Shown here: positions 27,701-39,800 of the stretch, one piece after another | Position numbering within the stretch: position 1 is the first letter of the stretch | Layout: the number at the start of each line of letters is the position of its first letter | From: Perna viridis | Lineage: Eukaryota | DNA: 64,000 nucleotides | Direction of reading: 5' to 3' | Assembly (NCBI GenBank): GCA_037379345.1 | Contig: CM074518.1 | Location: 17,546,001-17,610,000 of the forward strand | The notes under the pieces: model-generated | The model's input: the letters and a program-made list of their open reading frames with translations, nothing else | The model's database searches: none | What the model was told of the DNA's origin: nothing | Translations under genes and position numbers: made by a program

Positions 27701-30700
27701 CCGGACTTTGGCCTTGTCTTTGGGTGCAGGTGTTTAAACACATTAAAGAGGGAAGGTTTACCCTTGGACTTCATGTGCAGGTGTTTTTATTACACATAAA
27801 TTGGAAAGGTTTACCCACGGGCTACGGGTGCAGGTGTTTTTACACATAAAAAGGGGAAAAGTTTACTTTGAAATATTCTTAATATGTGAAAATGTCATTA
27901 CCTGTTTGTTTGTGATTGATGATCCAGTAGTATTTTTTGGAGGGGTGGGGTGGGAGGGAAAGGTGAGCTAGGTTGAACACCCTTTAATTTTTTGAAAGTT
28001 CTGCTCCACCCAATTAAAAGGTGCATAACATAATCTTAAATTTTAAATAATTCAATATTTTACTCAAAACAATGGGTATGGGGTTTACCAGTCATGCCAG
28101 TTACACATAAAAAGGGGGAAGGGTCCAGAATTCGGGTGCAGATGTTTACATATAGGAGGAGGGGGGGGGGGGTTATTTCAACACGTTCTATGCCTTTCCA
28201 TGTCTGGACAGTTTTGCACCTCAGCAAAATGGTGGATGTTGTTTAATTAAGCAAAATAATGATAATACAATACTTGTGTAACACATGTATATATGATCAG
28301 TGCAGTACTTCGATTGAGCATGCTTGAAGGTTTACTACACCACACGGAACAATGACGGTCTCTGAATTCGGATATTTTCCCCAAAATTCGTGTTTTCCAT
28401 AAAAGAAAAGATTGTTTGAAAGACAAATTTAGGAACTACACAACACTACATTTATACCTCATATCACAAATATATTTGACCTTGTATGGTTTTAGAGGAG
28501 TTGCGGCTCAAAGAAATCGGTCTCTCCCTTAAGTAGTATAGAAGATTTAGTAGAAGCTATTACTCAGTTTCATTCAATGACAATCCAGTTTTTTTGTAGT
28601 ATAGTTACTGATTTAATAAGTCAAAAATTTTAATAAATATGCTGTTTGAACATATAATATGCAAATGGAAAAAAAGAATTAAACACTTATTGTACATCTT
28701 AGCTATTTCATTTAAACATTAACAGTACCTACAGATATTACCAACTTCAACTATGTAGGATGATTGTCAATGAGACAGTCATCCACCAAATGCCAAGTAA
28801 CAAACATTTAAACCAAATTATGTTTATTTTGTTTTTTATTTCACTTAAATAGACCTTGACAAGTTTCAAAAATAAATCCGACAATTTTGTAGCATGTACA
28901 GTACATCACACCAACCAATTCTCAAATGCAGAGTATTCTACAGCCAATTGGAACACATGAATCTGGTCGTTATCTGTACACACCCCATCCAAAGACTGGA
29001 AGAGTTTACATTCCTGATGCAGTGTCACCTCAAGTCTACGTATCACAGCCTCTCCAGACAAATACAACACAAACAGTTAACCTTACCAGCACACCTAATA
29101 ATAAAAGTGTACAGAAAACTGAATCCAAGGTATAACATCTGTAATTTTACGTGTCCTTCACATAGTTCTTGATCCTATTCCCTGCATTTTTCAAAGAACA
29201 AATCTACTGTAAAAGTATTTTTATTTGTGGGTACCAATGTTCGTGATTTAAGGGAAAATGATCAGTTCCTCAATTCTTGAATTCTTGGATTTGACAACTC
29301 TACCTTACAAACAAATGAAAAATGAAAAATTTTGTTTTCATTGGAAACTAAATTTTTGTGGTTTACCAAACCCATTTAATTGACAAATTTGTCTGCAATG
29401 CTGGAAAAATGATCATTTAAGCAAATCTATTTTTGCAGAAGATTTAAAACAGAAAAATATATAATAAATCCGTTGAGGAATTAAGACTCACGTTTTCATT
29501 TCCCCAATGAGTAAAAATTGTGAAAAGTCTAAGTTCTTGTGAACGAAAACTCAAGTCACATTGCTTAGCTTCTATGGTAAACAGAAAGTGGTAAAACCAA
29601 GAGTTCACTGAATGTCACTTTTACAACAACTGTTACATAGGGAAATACGGAAAATGCCGAGAATACATATTGTCACTATTAGCATTAGCCCCAAAAGCTA
29701 TTTAGGACTGAAAAACAATTGATTTGCTGTTTGATTATACAAATATGGGCTGACAGGATGTCAACTGCTCGATATGGTTTCTATGTCACTTGAATGGTAC
29801 CAGATTTTAACTCCTGAGTCTAGTGATCTATCTGAACTACCATTTATTCACAGAGATATTGTTTGTTGAATTCTTAATTTTGTGGATCCATACCACCCAC
29901 AAAACTACAAAAATAGGTACCCCACAAATAAAAATGAAACCACAGTAAATAAAAGTGAAAAATAGTTTATTTATTAATCAATAATTTACACTTGATTTAG
30001 AACACTAAGAAAGAGTAATCAAGGGAACCAAGGTTATAGCAGTAAACAAAAGAATGTAATCCAGGGACAAAGACCAGACATGGAAAACAGACATATACAA
30101 CTAAGAACATAAAGTAACTAAAATCATACATACAAAGTAACAAAAGCAATTGAGCAACTCCGACTCCACTAAAAACTAGGAGCATGGACCAAGTGCACCG
30201 GTAGGATAAGCGTCCTAAGAAAACAGTAAAATTTATTAGTAATCAGCAGTTCCTTTTCACAAAATAGCTCAAGTGAAAAATTAGTCATAAGTTTTGATGT
30301 CATAATATATCAGAGTATTGACATCATAACTTGGTACTAATTTAACAATTATAAGTTTTTGTAAAATTGACTACAGACTATTGAAAAGTACCTGTCCTGT
30401 TAAAAACTAGTTTCATACTTAGTTTAGAAATTTTGTTGTATAATGTAGTTTTGTTAGTTTAATAACAAGAATTCATTGAAATAAAAAGAAATATATTGGT
30501 ATTCAGTCTCACTCTTTTAATATCATTGTCAGTAGCACCTAACTTCATAGCTGGTAGCATATACTATTATTATTAAGCATACTAAAAATCAGCAATATAA
30601 TTCCAGTCTCCACAAACTATATCAGCATGTACCTCTGAGAAGAGTAAAACAGATGATAAAGAAAATATGTCACCTGATAGTTCTAAAGAGGAAATAGATT

Positions 30701-32448
30701 TAGATTTTCCTCCTATGTTTATAACAGCTGGTGGTGAAGAAAGCCGAGAACAACATAACCTCAAAGAAAGGAAAAGAAGGTCAGTATTTGAATTTTTTTT
30801 AGCATATCCATATTTGTATTTTGCAATAAAAATGTTTCTTCATATTGTGTTTTTTTTTCTTTCTTCCATTAACTGTCATTTTAAGTGTCAGGCAGTGGGA
30901 TAAACATGGTATGAAAAAAATCCACCAATTTGAAAGAAATAATTTTACTATTTGCACTATAATAATCAAGAAAAATGACAAGATTTTACGTATCATTTTC
31001 AAATGGCAAAAATTGAGTTATAATTTTAATGAAATGCATTGATATTGAACATTTCTAGGGCAGATAACTGACAAAAACTCATTTCTTTAACATTCTTCAG
31101 AAAAATTTCTGAGGAAATCCATTGATGCAGAAATTGAAAAGTGGTCTTTTCAAATTAAGAAAGCTTCCTTGAGTGAAATTAAATAATCAGATTGGTGGGT
31201 TTTTGACGGACATGTTTCTGATTTTTCACTTTTTGCCTGATTCTTACAAAAGCTTACACTTAATGAAGTTTACATCCACTAGCAAATAAAGAACAATATA
31301 ACGAGAATGGGTGAATATATGAAAGAGACAACAACCCCAATGGGGTGAAAATATCAGCCCAAGGCCACTCATTGGTCTTCAAGGAATGAGGAAATCCTCA
31401 CACCACAGGGCAGGCTGCAGCTGGCCCCAAAACATCATTATACACAAGTAACAAAAGTAAACTAAAGATGAAAATGGGAGAAGACTTACAGAGGCCAGAA
31501 ATTCCTGAATATTTCTTCAATGAGGGAATCTGATTTAGGATTTGTCCTACACTCATCAATACACAGGGTCACAGAAGCTATGGCTACCTGGAAGGCATGT
31601 TATTCAGTCTTCATTATATAATCTAACAATTTGAGTTCATGAATGTATTAATTTTCATTGAGAGCATGTAAAACCTATTTGCTTTACATATAATTTTAAA
31701 AATTGTCATACAAATGTGTTGATTAAAGGCAATTACAGTTAAGGATTCCTTTTCATTCTAGAGCCAGAATAAAAGATGCCTGTGAAGTTATGAGGAAGCT
31801 AGTACCAGGAATGTCAGATAAAACAGATAAAGCCACAGTGTTTGAATTTGCTGCCAGATATATACACTTTCTGAAGGGATTTACTGGAAACAAGCATGAC
31901 AAGGTTCAATATTTTATTTTGATTTACAAAAGTGTAGGAAAAGAGAAATTATTTCCACTGCATTTGTTATTGTCCTTTGAACAAGCTAGAATCTGCAGAA
32001 AAATATACATGTACCAATGTCAGACCTTTGGACTTCAGAATTCTATTGAAATACTAGTCCACTCTAAAGTTTCTTTCAAATTATTCAGTTTTCAGAATTT
32101 TCTTTTATACTGCAAAAAAAGTTTTCACTAACAACTTCATATTCTCAACAATGTGCACATTATGGTGTATCTCGGTCAGTCTGCACACGGTAAAATAACT
32201 CAATTCTTTGTTACGAGAGGTTTAAATGGTAGTTTGGTAGAATCTAAGTCTTGACAAAAGATGCCCACTTTAGTTTTCATTTTCCTAATAATTTCAATTC
32301 AAAGTTGTGTGCCAAAAATGGTGATAGGTTTATTATGTGCTTGAGCTCAGCTCTTTATTATAGGGAGTAATGACACACATGTACATGTATTCAATAAATG
32401 TCTTTTTCTTCCTTTTAGGATTTTCTGTTGAAGTACAGCCCATATTGA
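21585..32448 (+). CDS. C-terminal bHLH transcription factor, group B (TCFL5/SOHLH-like); 8 exons, 432 aa
   Basis: Exons 21585-21740, 22262-22587, 23662-23796, 26369-26468, 28893-29129, 30607-30779, 31762-31903 and 32419-32448 join through GT-AG introns into one open frame (1299 nt). The C-terminus is SREQHNLKERKRRARIKDACEVMRKLVPGMSDKTDKATVFEFAARYIHFLKGFTGNKHDKDFLLKYSPY*. Confidence 0.85.
22262..22587 (+). CDS. bHLH gene exon 2
   Basis: Acceptor ccttacctctacag|CAA is the in-frame phase-0 option; QSSTVDFLQPSES...YLNPDN; donor AG|gtattt. Confidence 0.7.
22623..23178. mobile_element. MITE-like element with ~22-bp TIRs and an internal ~200-bp tandem duplication
   Basis: The left end GTAAGTACGGTTCTGCCT matches the reverse complement of the right end AGGCAGAGCTGTACTTAC. 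Internal repeats lie at ~22763-22950 and ~22966-23150. Related sequence occurs in inverted orientation at ~40430-40645. Confidence 0.7.
23311..23530. mobile_element. TTAA-flanked MITE with ~30-bp TIRs (Kolobok-like termini)
   Basis: TTAA|GGAGGTAGACCTAGGGTAAGGGACA ... TGTCCCTTACACTAGGTCTACCTCC|TTAA. Purine (GG) ends with a TTAA TSD fit Kolobok rather than piggyBac. Confidence 0.85.
23550..23621. repeat. 72-bp imperfect palindrome (hairpin or mini-MITE)
   Basis: AGGCACTTGTCTC...AATCCCTAA loop TTAGGGATT...GAGACAAGTGCCT. Confidence 0.85.
23662..23796 (+). CDS. bHLH gene exon 3
   Basis: ttttcctgcag|T GGG AAG; GKPLTYHIEEIPIENVPVEALGV...PHHT; TG|gtttgt. Confidence 0.75.
24047..25964 (+). mobile_element. 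Non-autonomous hAT element with 8-bp TSD that retains only the C-terminal dimerisation domain
   Basis: TSD ATGTTGGG lies at 24039-24046 and 25965-25972, with termini TAGTGGTGT / ACAACACTA. The plus frame at ~24300-24440 reads YLCIPASSVSSGRLFSLAGQVVSKKRARMHSSNVDMLIFL. Confidence 0.9.
24700..25215 (+). mobile_element. HINE/Helentron-like repeat with ~170-bp internal tandem units, nested in the hAT element
   Basis: A GTCGTCCGTCAGTCTGTTTGTCC block is followed by three units starting ATCC(A/G)CAA.T.CT.CTAA..ACTGAAT.GAATTT.ATGAAACTTT (~24751, ~24921, ~25096). Confidence 0.65.
26369..26468 (+). CDS. bHLH gene exon 4
   Basis: ttttttcag|G TAC CAG; YQNPQQSVDQRSSTHSRMYEPVTVYTPSNPKRP; CCG|gtaggt. Confidence 0.75.
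26941..28530 (-). mobile_element. Composite HINE-like repeat with degenerate ~55-bp tandem units
   Basis: It has an AACTAGAGG...-type end, a repeated GGTTT.AGAGGAGTTG motif (27095, 28488) and tandem GTGCAGGTGTTT..ACACAT.AAA..GGA units at 27675-28150. Confidence 0.4.
28893..29129 (+). CDS. bHLH gene exon 5
   Basis: ttttgtag|CAT GTA; HVQYITPTNSQMQSILQPIGTHESGRYLYTPHPKTGRVYIPDAV...TESK; AAG|gtataa. Confidence 0.7.
29205..29947. mobile_element. TA-flanked MITE (TACTGT...ACAGTA; Tc1/mariner-like)
   Basis: TACTGT....ATTTTTATTTGTGGGTACC pairs with GGTACCCCACAAATAAAAAT....ACAGTA. Confidence 0.7.
30607..30779 (+). CDS. bHLH gene exon 6 (basic region)
   Basis: ttccag|TCT; ...EESREQHNLKERKR; AG|gtcagt. 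Confidence 0.9.
31762..31903 (+). CDS. bHLH gene exon 7 (helix-loop-helix)
   Basis: ttctag|A GCC AGA; ARIKDACEVMRKLVPGMSDKTDKATVFEFAARYIHFLKGFTGNKHDK; AAG|gttcaa. Confidence 0.9.
32419..32448 (+). CDS. bHLH gene last coding exon
   Basis: tttttcttccttttag|GAT TTT CTG TTG AAG TAC AGC CCA TAT TGA. Confidence 0.8.
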   Translation, partial: DFLLKYSPY

Positions 32449-32857
32449 GAACTGATTTTGTGCAGGTCACACCTATGATCATTCAAAGATGAACTTTGAC
32501 TTGAACTAACATGAACTCTGGAGTCACGGTTGTCATGTTAGGAGATAGCCACAATTATTAAACATTTCACATGTGCGAAGGATTACACAATGAAATAGAT
32601 TGATGATGAAATAATAAGATGTAATATTTGTATAAAATTAGCAAGTGTTGATTATCAACAGCTTTTTTTAAAGTGGCTGTAATTGATTCTTCTTATGTTC
32701 TCTCTCTCATACTACTTGTGCTCTTAAAGTGATTATTGACAACAAATTTTTAATAGAAAATTAACATGATGGTTGCTTTTTAATGGCAAAGAGAATGTTG
32801 TATTGTTAATTTTATATTTTCAATGTTTTATTTTGTAAAAAAAAAAAAAAAATGAGA

Positions 32858-32863
32858 AATAAA
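32858..32863 (+). terminator. Candidate polyadenylation signal for the bHLH gene
   Basis: AATAAA lies ~410 nt after the stop and is followed by a T/GT-rich tract. Confidence 0.5.
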
Positions 32864-33766
32864 GATTTACTTTGCTTATATAAAAAAAAACTTGAGAGAT
32901 TGTTTATTCATTTGTGATGGTGAAATCGGGAAACTATTAAAGCAACATTCATAACTCTAAAGCCTTCGGAAAAAAACAACAACACATAAGCCTGAAGAAC
33001 CATATGTTTTAAGAACCAAAAAGATTGCTACATGTTGCCATATGTCCCCAACCACACACATACACAAAAAAAAAATATAGCACAAAATTCCAACAACTCT
33101 AGTTAAATTTGTGGAATAAAAATTGGGGTATAATATGATCCAACTGCATACTGCGAATAATCCTGCAAAATCTGTGTAGCAGTCTCCATGCAGTTACAAC
33201 CACAAAGTATTCCAATAATGTAGCAGGTACATATTCAAGTAAGTCTCCTTAATATTTGTCAAAACAAAATGGCAGCATAATATATGAATCAACTTCATAT
33301 GGTGACCAACAATCCAACAAAATTTGAACAAATTTGTTGACGGTTTCCAAGGAGTAGCATCTACAAGTTAAGAGTGATGGACAGGTAAACCCCCATTTGG
33401 GCGGGGAAAAAAAAAAGAAATAAGCAACCTAGACATAACAAAAACTAGTAGCATAGAAACTCAAACATGCTTTTATAAAGCAAACAAAAAAATTGGAAGG
33501 CAACACACAATATAAAGAGAAATTTCACTGAAAAAGCGGGAAAAAGTTTGGTCTAATCAATCAAGGTTTACTTCAAATACATGTATTAGATGTATTTTTT
33601 TCTCCCAAACAAATCTGCGCAATTAAAACAACACAAATATATAAAAGACTTATTTTAATAACACGTGGGTCTTCAAAACCATCCAGTCAATGTAACTCAT
33701 GATAATGAATGTGAAAATTGCACCACTGATAACGTTTTTCATGAAAATTATAATTTCCTTTTAATG

Positions 33767-33841
33767 TCATGTTATATTTGCAGATATGTGATCTATTTTC
33801 CTGAAATAATTGTCCAATCTTCCACTCAGGTTGTCATATAA
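33767..33841 (-). CDS. NUP160: NUP160 last coding exon
   Basis: ttttttgcag|LYDNLSGRLDNYFRKIDHISANIT*. Confidence 0.85.
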   Translation of the reverse strand, partial: LYDNLSGRLDNYFRKIDHISANIT

Positions 33842-36800
33842 CTGCAAAAAAGATTAAAGAAACCATTTGCGACATGTAACTTTCAAGTAGTTAGCATTAC
33901 CAGTAAGATGCATGTAAGACAACTTCAAAAGTATCCTTAATTTTTGTTTATATTGATAAGTCTCTGTTGAATAAAATCAAATGTTGGAAAATTTAATATT
34001 TAAATTAGAAAGTAAGTACGTGAAATGCAAAACATTATTTCCACATAAAAATAAGCATCTGATCTTCAGGTGTGATGGACAAAAAATTAAAACAAAGTAT
34101 AATGTAATGGAAAATTGTCTAGGGATATTGTAAGTCCAAATGTCGTAATTCAAATTTAGCAGTACAGTGCACCATTAAATTTAATGTGTACACAATCATG
34201 ATAAATTTACATATCAAACATCATTTTACTTTTTTATCCAAAAGGGTTTAATATCAAGGGAGGTAAGGGTGACTGATTATAGCACTACAAGTCACTGACC
34301 AATTAATATCAGTATTGACATGAAAAAAAATATACCTTTCATACAATGGTAGTATGTATTTATTCTTTAGAGAGAAAAACTATATTCAAACACACATAAC
34401 TCCTACCTCACATGCTCGACCATTTCTGCAGTCTTTTAATCCATGAAGTAGTTGGTCTATGTAAGTATATGGTAACCACGATGTTTGAGCTCTGTGACTT
34501 ACACAACCCTAATAATAAGATTTTAATAATCATTTTACTGTTTCTAAAAAAGATGATTAGTATATGAATATATTTTGTAGGATTGATATTTGTTTCATAT
34601 ATATTTGATTTCAAATAATTGATAACTACATTATAATCCAAAATGTTCCTGTCAAATCTATAACTTTCAATACATGCACCAAAAAAGGCCTTGAGCTGAT
34701 ATTTTTACTTCCCAGTGGGGTTGCTGTCTCTTTGACATATTCACCATATCCATTCTTGCTACATAACAAAAAAGGAATAAGACAAATTCAACAAAAGAAT
34801 GGTGTCCCATTTCTTTCACTCCAACTTGTCAGAGAGATTCATCATGGCAATTTTTGGTGAAAAATTCATCCAAATCCATTGGTTAATGAAGTTGCAAGAG
34901 CTCTTACAAAACAAATATCAATTTCCATGGTGATACTTACAAAAATTAGACTTCATTGTTGATTTTCAAAATGTCCAAAAGAGTCATGGTAGAATGTCAT
35001 CCAAATTCAAAGGAAAATACGTTTGAACTTGTTTTAATCAGTAACTGAGTGAAATACCCTGTTTTTGAAGGTTTTACAAATTGTTGACAAGAATTTTAGG
35101 TACATCATGCCGTACCAACAAAAAATATTGGTACAGTGCCAGCTGTACAGGCCAAACTTGCAGCTACGTCCCTGCATCTATTTCTAAAAAAGTATTTCAG
35201 ACACGATCTGATTAAAATCAGCTGTTATGATGCAGTACACTGCCATACTCTCTCTCATATGGGTGAAAAAACGTAATTCAATTTTTCCTGAATACTGACC
35301 TGGTATCTGACATGCATAAAACAATTACCAATAGTAACACAAGCACTGACCTTTAAACCAAATGTAGGTGATTCTTGGCCTGTGAATGAGGCCATCACTG
35401 CATCTATATATTCCATTGTTAATATCACACCATCTTCCAACAAATCAAAATCTATGTAAATTTTCAGTAGTTCACTCATGTTCAATTTCTAAAAAGGAGA
35501 AAAAAATAGTGTAACATGTATCATGGAATGTCAACTTTTAAGTGCTGAAAAATATGCACATTAAGCATGACTGTAAAATATACAATTAGCCTATATAACT
35601 GCTACAAAATACGTTTTTTTGGTTCTTTACATTTAATTACAAGTACCACAAAAATTTGGTGTGTACTTTGAAGACAAAAAATTCTGAGAAATTCCATATC
35701 TTTGATTCTAACATGGCGTGACATGTTACCTTTGTAAACAAATAGCATATAACTGTGCTCGCACTTGAATGGGTCACATTTCATTGTATTCATCAATTTT
35801 AATTGTTCATCCATTATGAAAGCCACCAAACCAAAAATTATTTCATGAAAATTGCCTTAATTCTATTACTATTGAAGTGTTCTACATAACAACACACAGA
35901 AATAAAATATTTTGGTCAAACTGTTAGGCTTTTCTATCTACACTCCCCTGTAAAAGCAGGTGTAAAATGTGTTGTCTGGAAAAGTAAAAAATTGCATATG
36001 GCTTCACAACCAACACCACTGTTGAAAGTTGATTTAATTTTAAATCAATTGCATTTAAATTATAAAATAACTGACTATAGAGAGAAGCCAAATCAACAAG
36101 GGAACCCATTGGTATTAAACAAAATGCCACTTATATGATGAATATAAAATGACATCATCATTTTGAATCACGCTAACAAATTACCAGTGGTACAATCCAC
36201 ATTAATGTCATTCACTAACAACTAAGCATGTTTCAGAGGACCGTAATTTGTTAATTATGTTTGAGTAACCTTAGCGTCCTAATGCGGCATTTCCACCATA
36301 ATTCAAATGACCTATACTTACGTAACGATACAATTCCAATGCATGTTTATTTGTAAAATTTATAAATGCAGTTCAAATTTTATATTTCATTATAAATGTT
36401 ACTTTTTATCTTAATTATATGCATGAATTTAAAATGTCATATATTAATTTTCTATTTTTTATAACTAATTGGAATACTAATTGGAATACTAATTTAAAAC
36501 AAATATTTGACTTACCTAAGAAGTCCCTCACCGATGAAACTGATACAATAGAAAGGTTAGAAAAGAAATAACTGCAGGATGCCAGGCTATAACTGCAGGA
36601 TGCCAGGCAATAACTGCAGGATGCCAGGCTATAACTGCAGGATCCCAGGCTATAACTGCAGGATGCCAGGCTTTATCTTATTTTAATAAGGGTGGGCACT
36701 ATATTTGTCATTATTTTTCACAGAGTGAACCAGAAATTATTTCCAAATTGGTGTTTGCAAGAACTTTATTATTATCTTTTTTCATTTTAAGTTTCATAAT

Positions 36801-39800
36801 GACAGGAATCAAGTGTACCTTATAAGAATTGACAAGCCATGTGGGTAGTGGGAATCCATGTGATAACAGTTTGACGGCCACACATCTGTGATACTGTGAT
36901 GGTTTCTCCTCATATCTCTCTAAATATCCCTGTAAAAGACTCCATCCCAAGTCTGCTGCACTGCATTATTAAAGTGGAATACAAACATTAACATATTATA
37001 CAACCAACAATAAACTCTATTATCTGGATTAACCGACAATTCAATTTCAATTAAAAAATGTTTTCTAATCCCCTGTCCTAAAGTAAAAAAACATATGTGG
37101 TGGCTGTTTTGTTTTTGTTTTGTATTTTATGTACAATTACTAGATCATCACTGGAGTGCCTGTTTTTCACAATTTTGTTAATGTTGAGTTAGAGTGAGTG
37201 AAATGCATTAAGTCCTATACTTATGTTGAACTATGAAATGGCATTTCAGAAACCAACAGACGACCTGTCAAAACATCCAAAGAGTCACCTTAGACAAGTG
37301 TAAATAACAAGGGTACATCAAACGTTAAAATGATCTTACCTAGAATTCTGAGGTATGTTAGTAAGAGTGAGATTGTTATCCTGTAACCAATCATATGATG
37401 ATGTATCTGTGGCAGTATACATATTAGATCTGGCCAAGTTTACACATCTGAGAGAAACAAAAAATAAACAATTCATTTTGTTTTCACATCTCACTTCAGA
37501 CGGCAGACGAGGAGTCCTGGAAAACCAGAATTCCAATAGTGAATACAAATTTCCCATTATACTAATTTCGTTCTTGAATGCAGTTATCTCCCTTGATCAT
37601 TTCTACTAGTAAAAGGAAGGTATAACAAATGCAAATAACCATTAGAAAATTTTATAAAAAAAAAAAGATTTTATAACAGTTTAAAGTTTTGATGAAACAA
37701 CAAACAAAGTCATTGTTTGAATATTTGACAGGGCCTCAGAAAGTGAGGCTTCTGATGACAAAAATGTTAATATCTATCATGATGGTGATGCTAAAATAGA
37801 TTCTAGAAATTATAAATGATAATAGCAATGATGAAGATGATATATTTGAAGGATTTTTGCCTAAATTAGATTTTAGAATCTTTGAAAATGCCCAACAGAA
37901 CTTTGTTAGATCTACACAATCTTGCCTAAAAAAAAATGAAAACAAGACAAGAATTCGGAGTCCTTCCAAAGTCACTTTTTAGCAAATTTTGTCAATATGT
38001 AATATAGTCAAGGTCATTAGTGAAAGGGTTAAGAACACAATAACAACCTTGTATAACAAATTAATTCTCATAATATAGGAAAACATTAAAGACAAAAAAA
38101 AAATAAATGATGAAAGTGAAATTATAAAAAAATTTCAAATACATGCACTTAGTTTTTTTTTAGTTCTGATAATTAGCTTGATAACAATATGTAACATCTC
38201 ATCTTTTCTTTAAAAACACAACTTTTCTTTTAAGTGTAGTGCAAATAACACATACGAAAATATGGATGTTATCTTAAAAGTTCCTGACACAGATTAACTT
38301 GTAAAGTGTCTACCAAATGATAACTCAGCACTGTGTCAGTCTTTGGTTTAAGTTCATAAGTTGACCAAAAAGAATAATTATTTAAGTTACCTAAAAGTTA
38401 AGCTTTCCATCACAGTATTTAGTTTGATTTTGAACAGCTGACATATGAGGATAGCCCTATCATACAATCCAACATTAACTAACTGTCCCACTATCTCATC
38501 TGCTCCTGATGTAGGACCTGACAAGATAAAGTTATAAATAGTCAAATGATTTTAAGTCAGCATTAGTTTTCTATACCATCTCTCATATAGTATAATTCCT
38601 AAAAAATTCAGTGGATTATAATTTCCTGGCAGTATGCAAAACTATATATACATATCATGTCCTGACTACCTACAAAATTTCACGAAATTTTGTACAGTAG
38701 TTTAAAAGGAATTGTATTTACAAAGGTATGATGGATAGACAGACAGATGGACTGGACAAAACCAATATGTCTCTCCATCAAAGTCGAGGAGACATAATTT
38801 CACAATATCACAGCAGTGAAGAGGATATCTGTAAAATCGGAATTGAATAAGCAGTAAAATATAGATTAACTACAGTTAACTCCAGAATTAAAAACGAGGA
38901 AATCTAGCAAATAGTGGTAAGAAATCATCACTGACTGTAACAATATCAGATGTGTAACTATACCTGGTGTAAAAGACAGTTCTGACTCTTTGTCAATCAG
39001 TCTCAGTCTGGCATCAACCAACATATACTCCTTCTCAATATCTGCTAATTCTACAATCTCTAATTTCTTTGACACTGAATAATGAATAAAAATGAGACCA
39101 GAAATACAAAAGGAAATCCAGAATAACATTTTTGTTTACTCATATTAACAATACTTCTTAATACAAAACTTAAGAAGGTATTACGGGCATTATTCATAGC
39201 AATTTTAAGTTTTTTGGCAAAAATGTTAATCAAATTTTCTCACTTTAGAAAACTACTAATAAGTAATTCAAAATATTCAAAAATGGAACAACTTTTCCAA
39301 ACAATATGAAACCATCTTTTAATAATGAAGTATTTAATATGGAAAACATATTATTACCATATCATTTATATTTATAAATTCATTTGTTACTTTTAAACAT
39401 GTTTCCATGGCGTTCCTAAACAAATGTTGCAATTTTTTGTGTGACGGTTGTTGACAAAAACTAAAAAGATGTATTCTTAACCGCAGTAAATGTCTTATTA
39501 CTAGTTCTATGAAAAATGTAAAAAAAATGTACAGTTTTTATGCATATCATGTTTCAGAGAGTTAAATAAACCCTAGTAAGTACATGTAAGACTTCAAATG
39601 ATAGAAACACAACTGTATTAATGATTACTTACTATGCTCTTCCTTTTCGTCACCATCATGCCATCGTTTAGGAGAATAACCTAACATATCCTCCTGATAT
39701 ACCTACAAAGAGACAAAGTTTGTTGAGGAAGTAGTAGCCATTAAGTACAATTCTGTGTAAGAATCAGGCAATGGGTGGCACATCATAATTTTCAATTTGG

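Noticed and set aside
28853-28892. Upstream acceptor for bHLH exon 5 (and 22225 for exon 2)
   Set aside because: Both give in-frame stops with the preceding exon phase. The downstream AGs keep the frame, but cDNA is needed to confirm.
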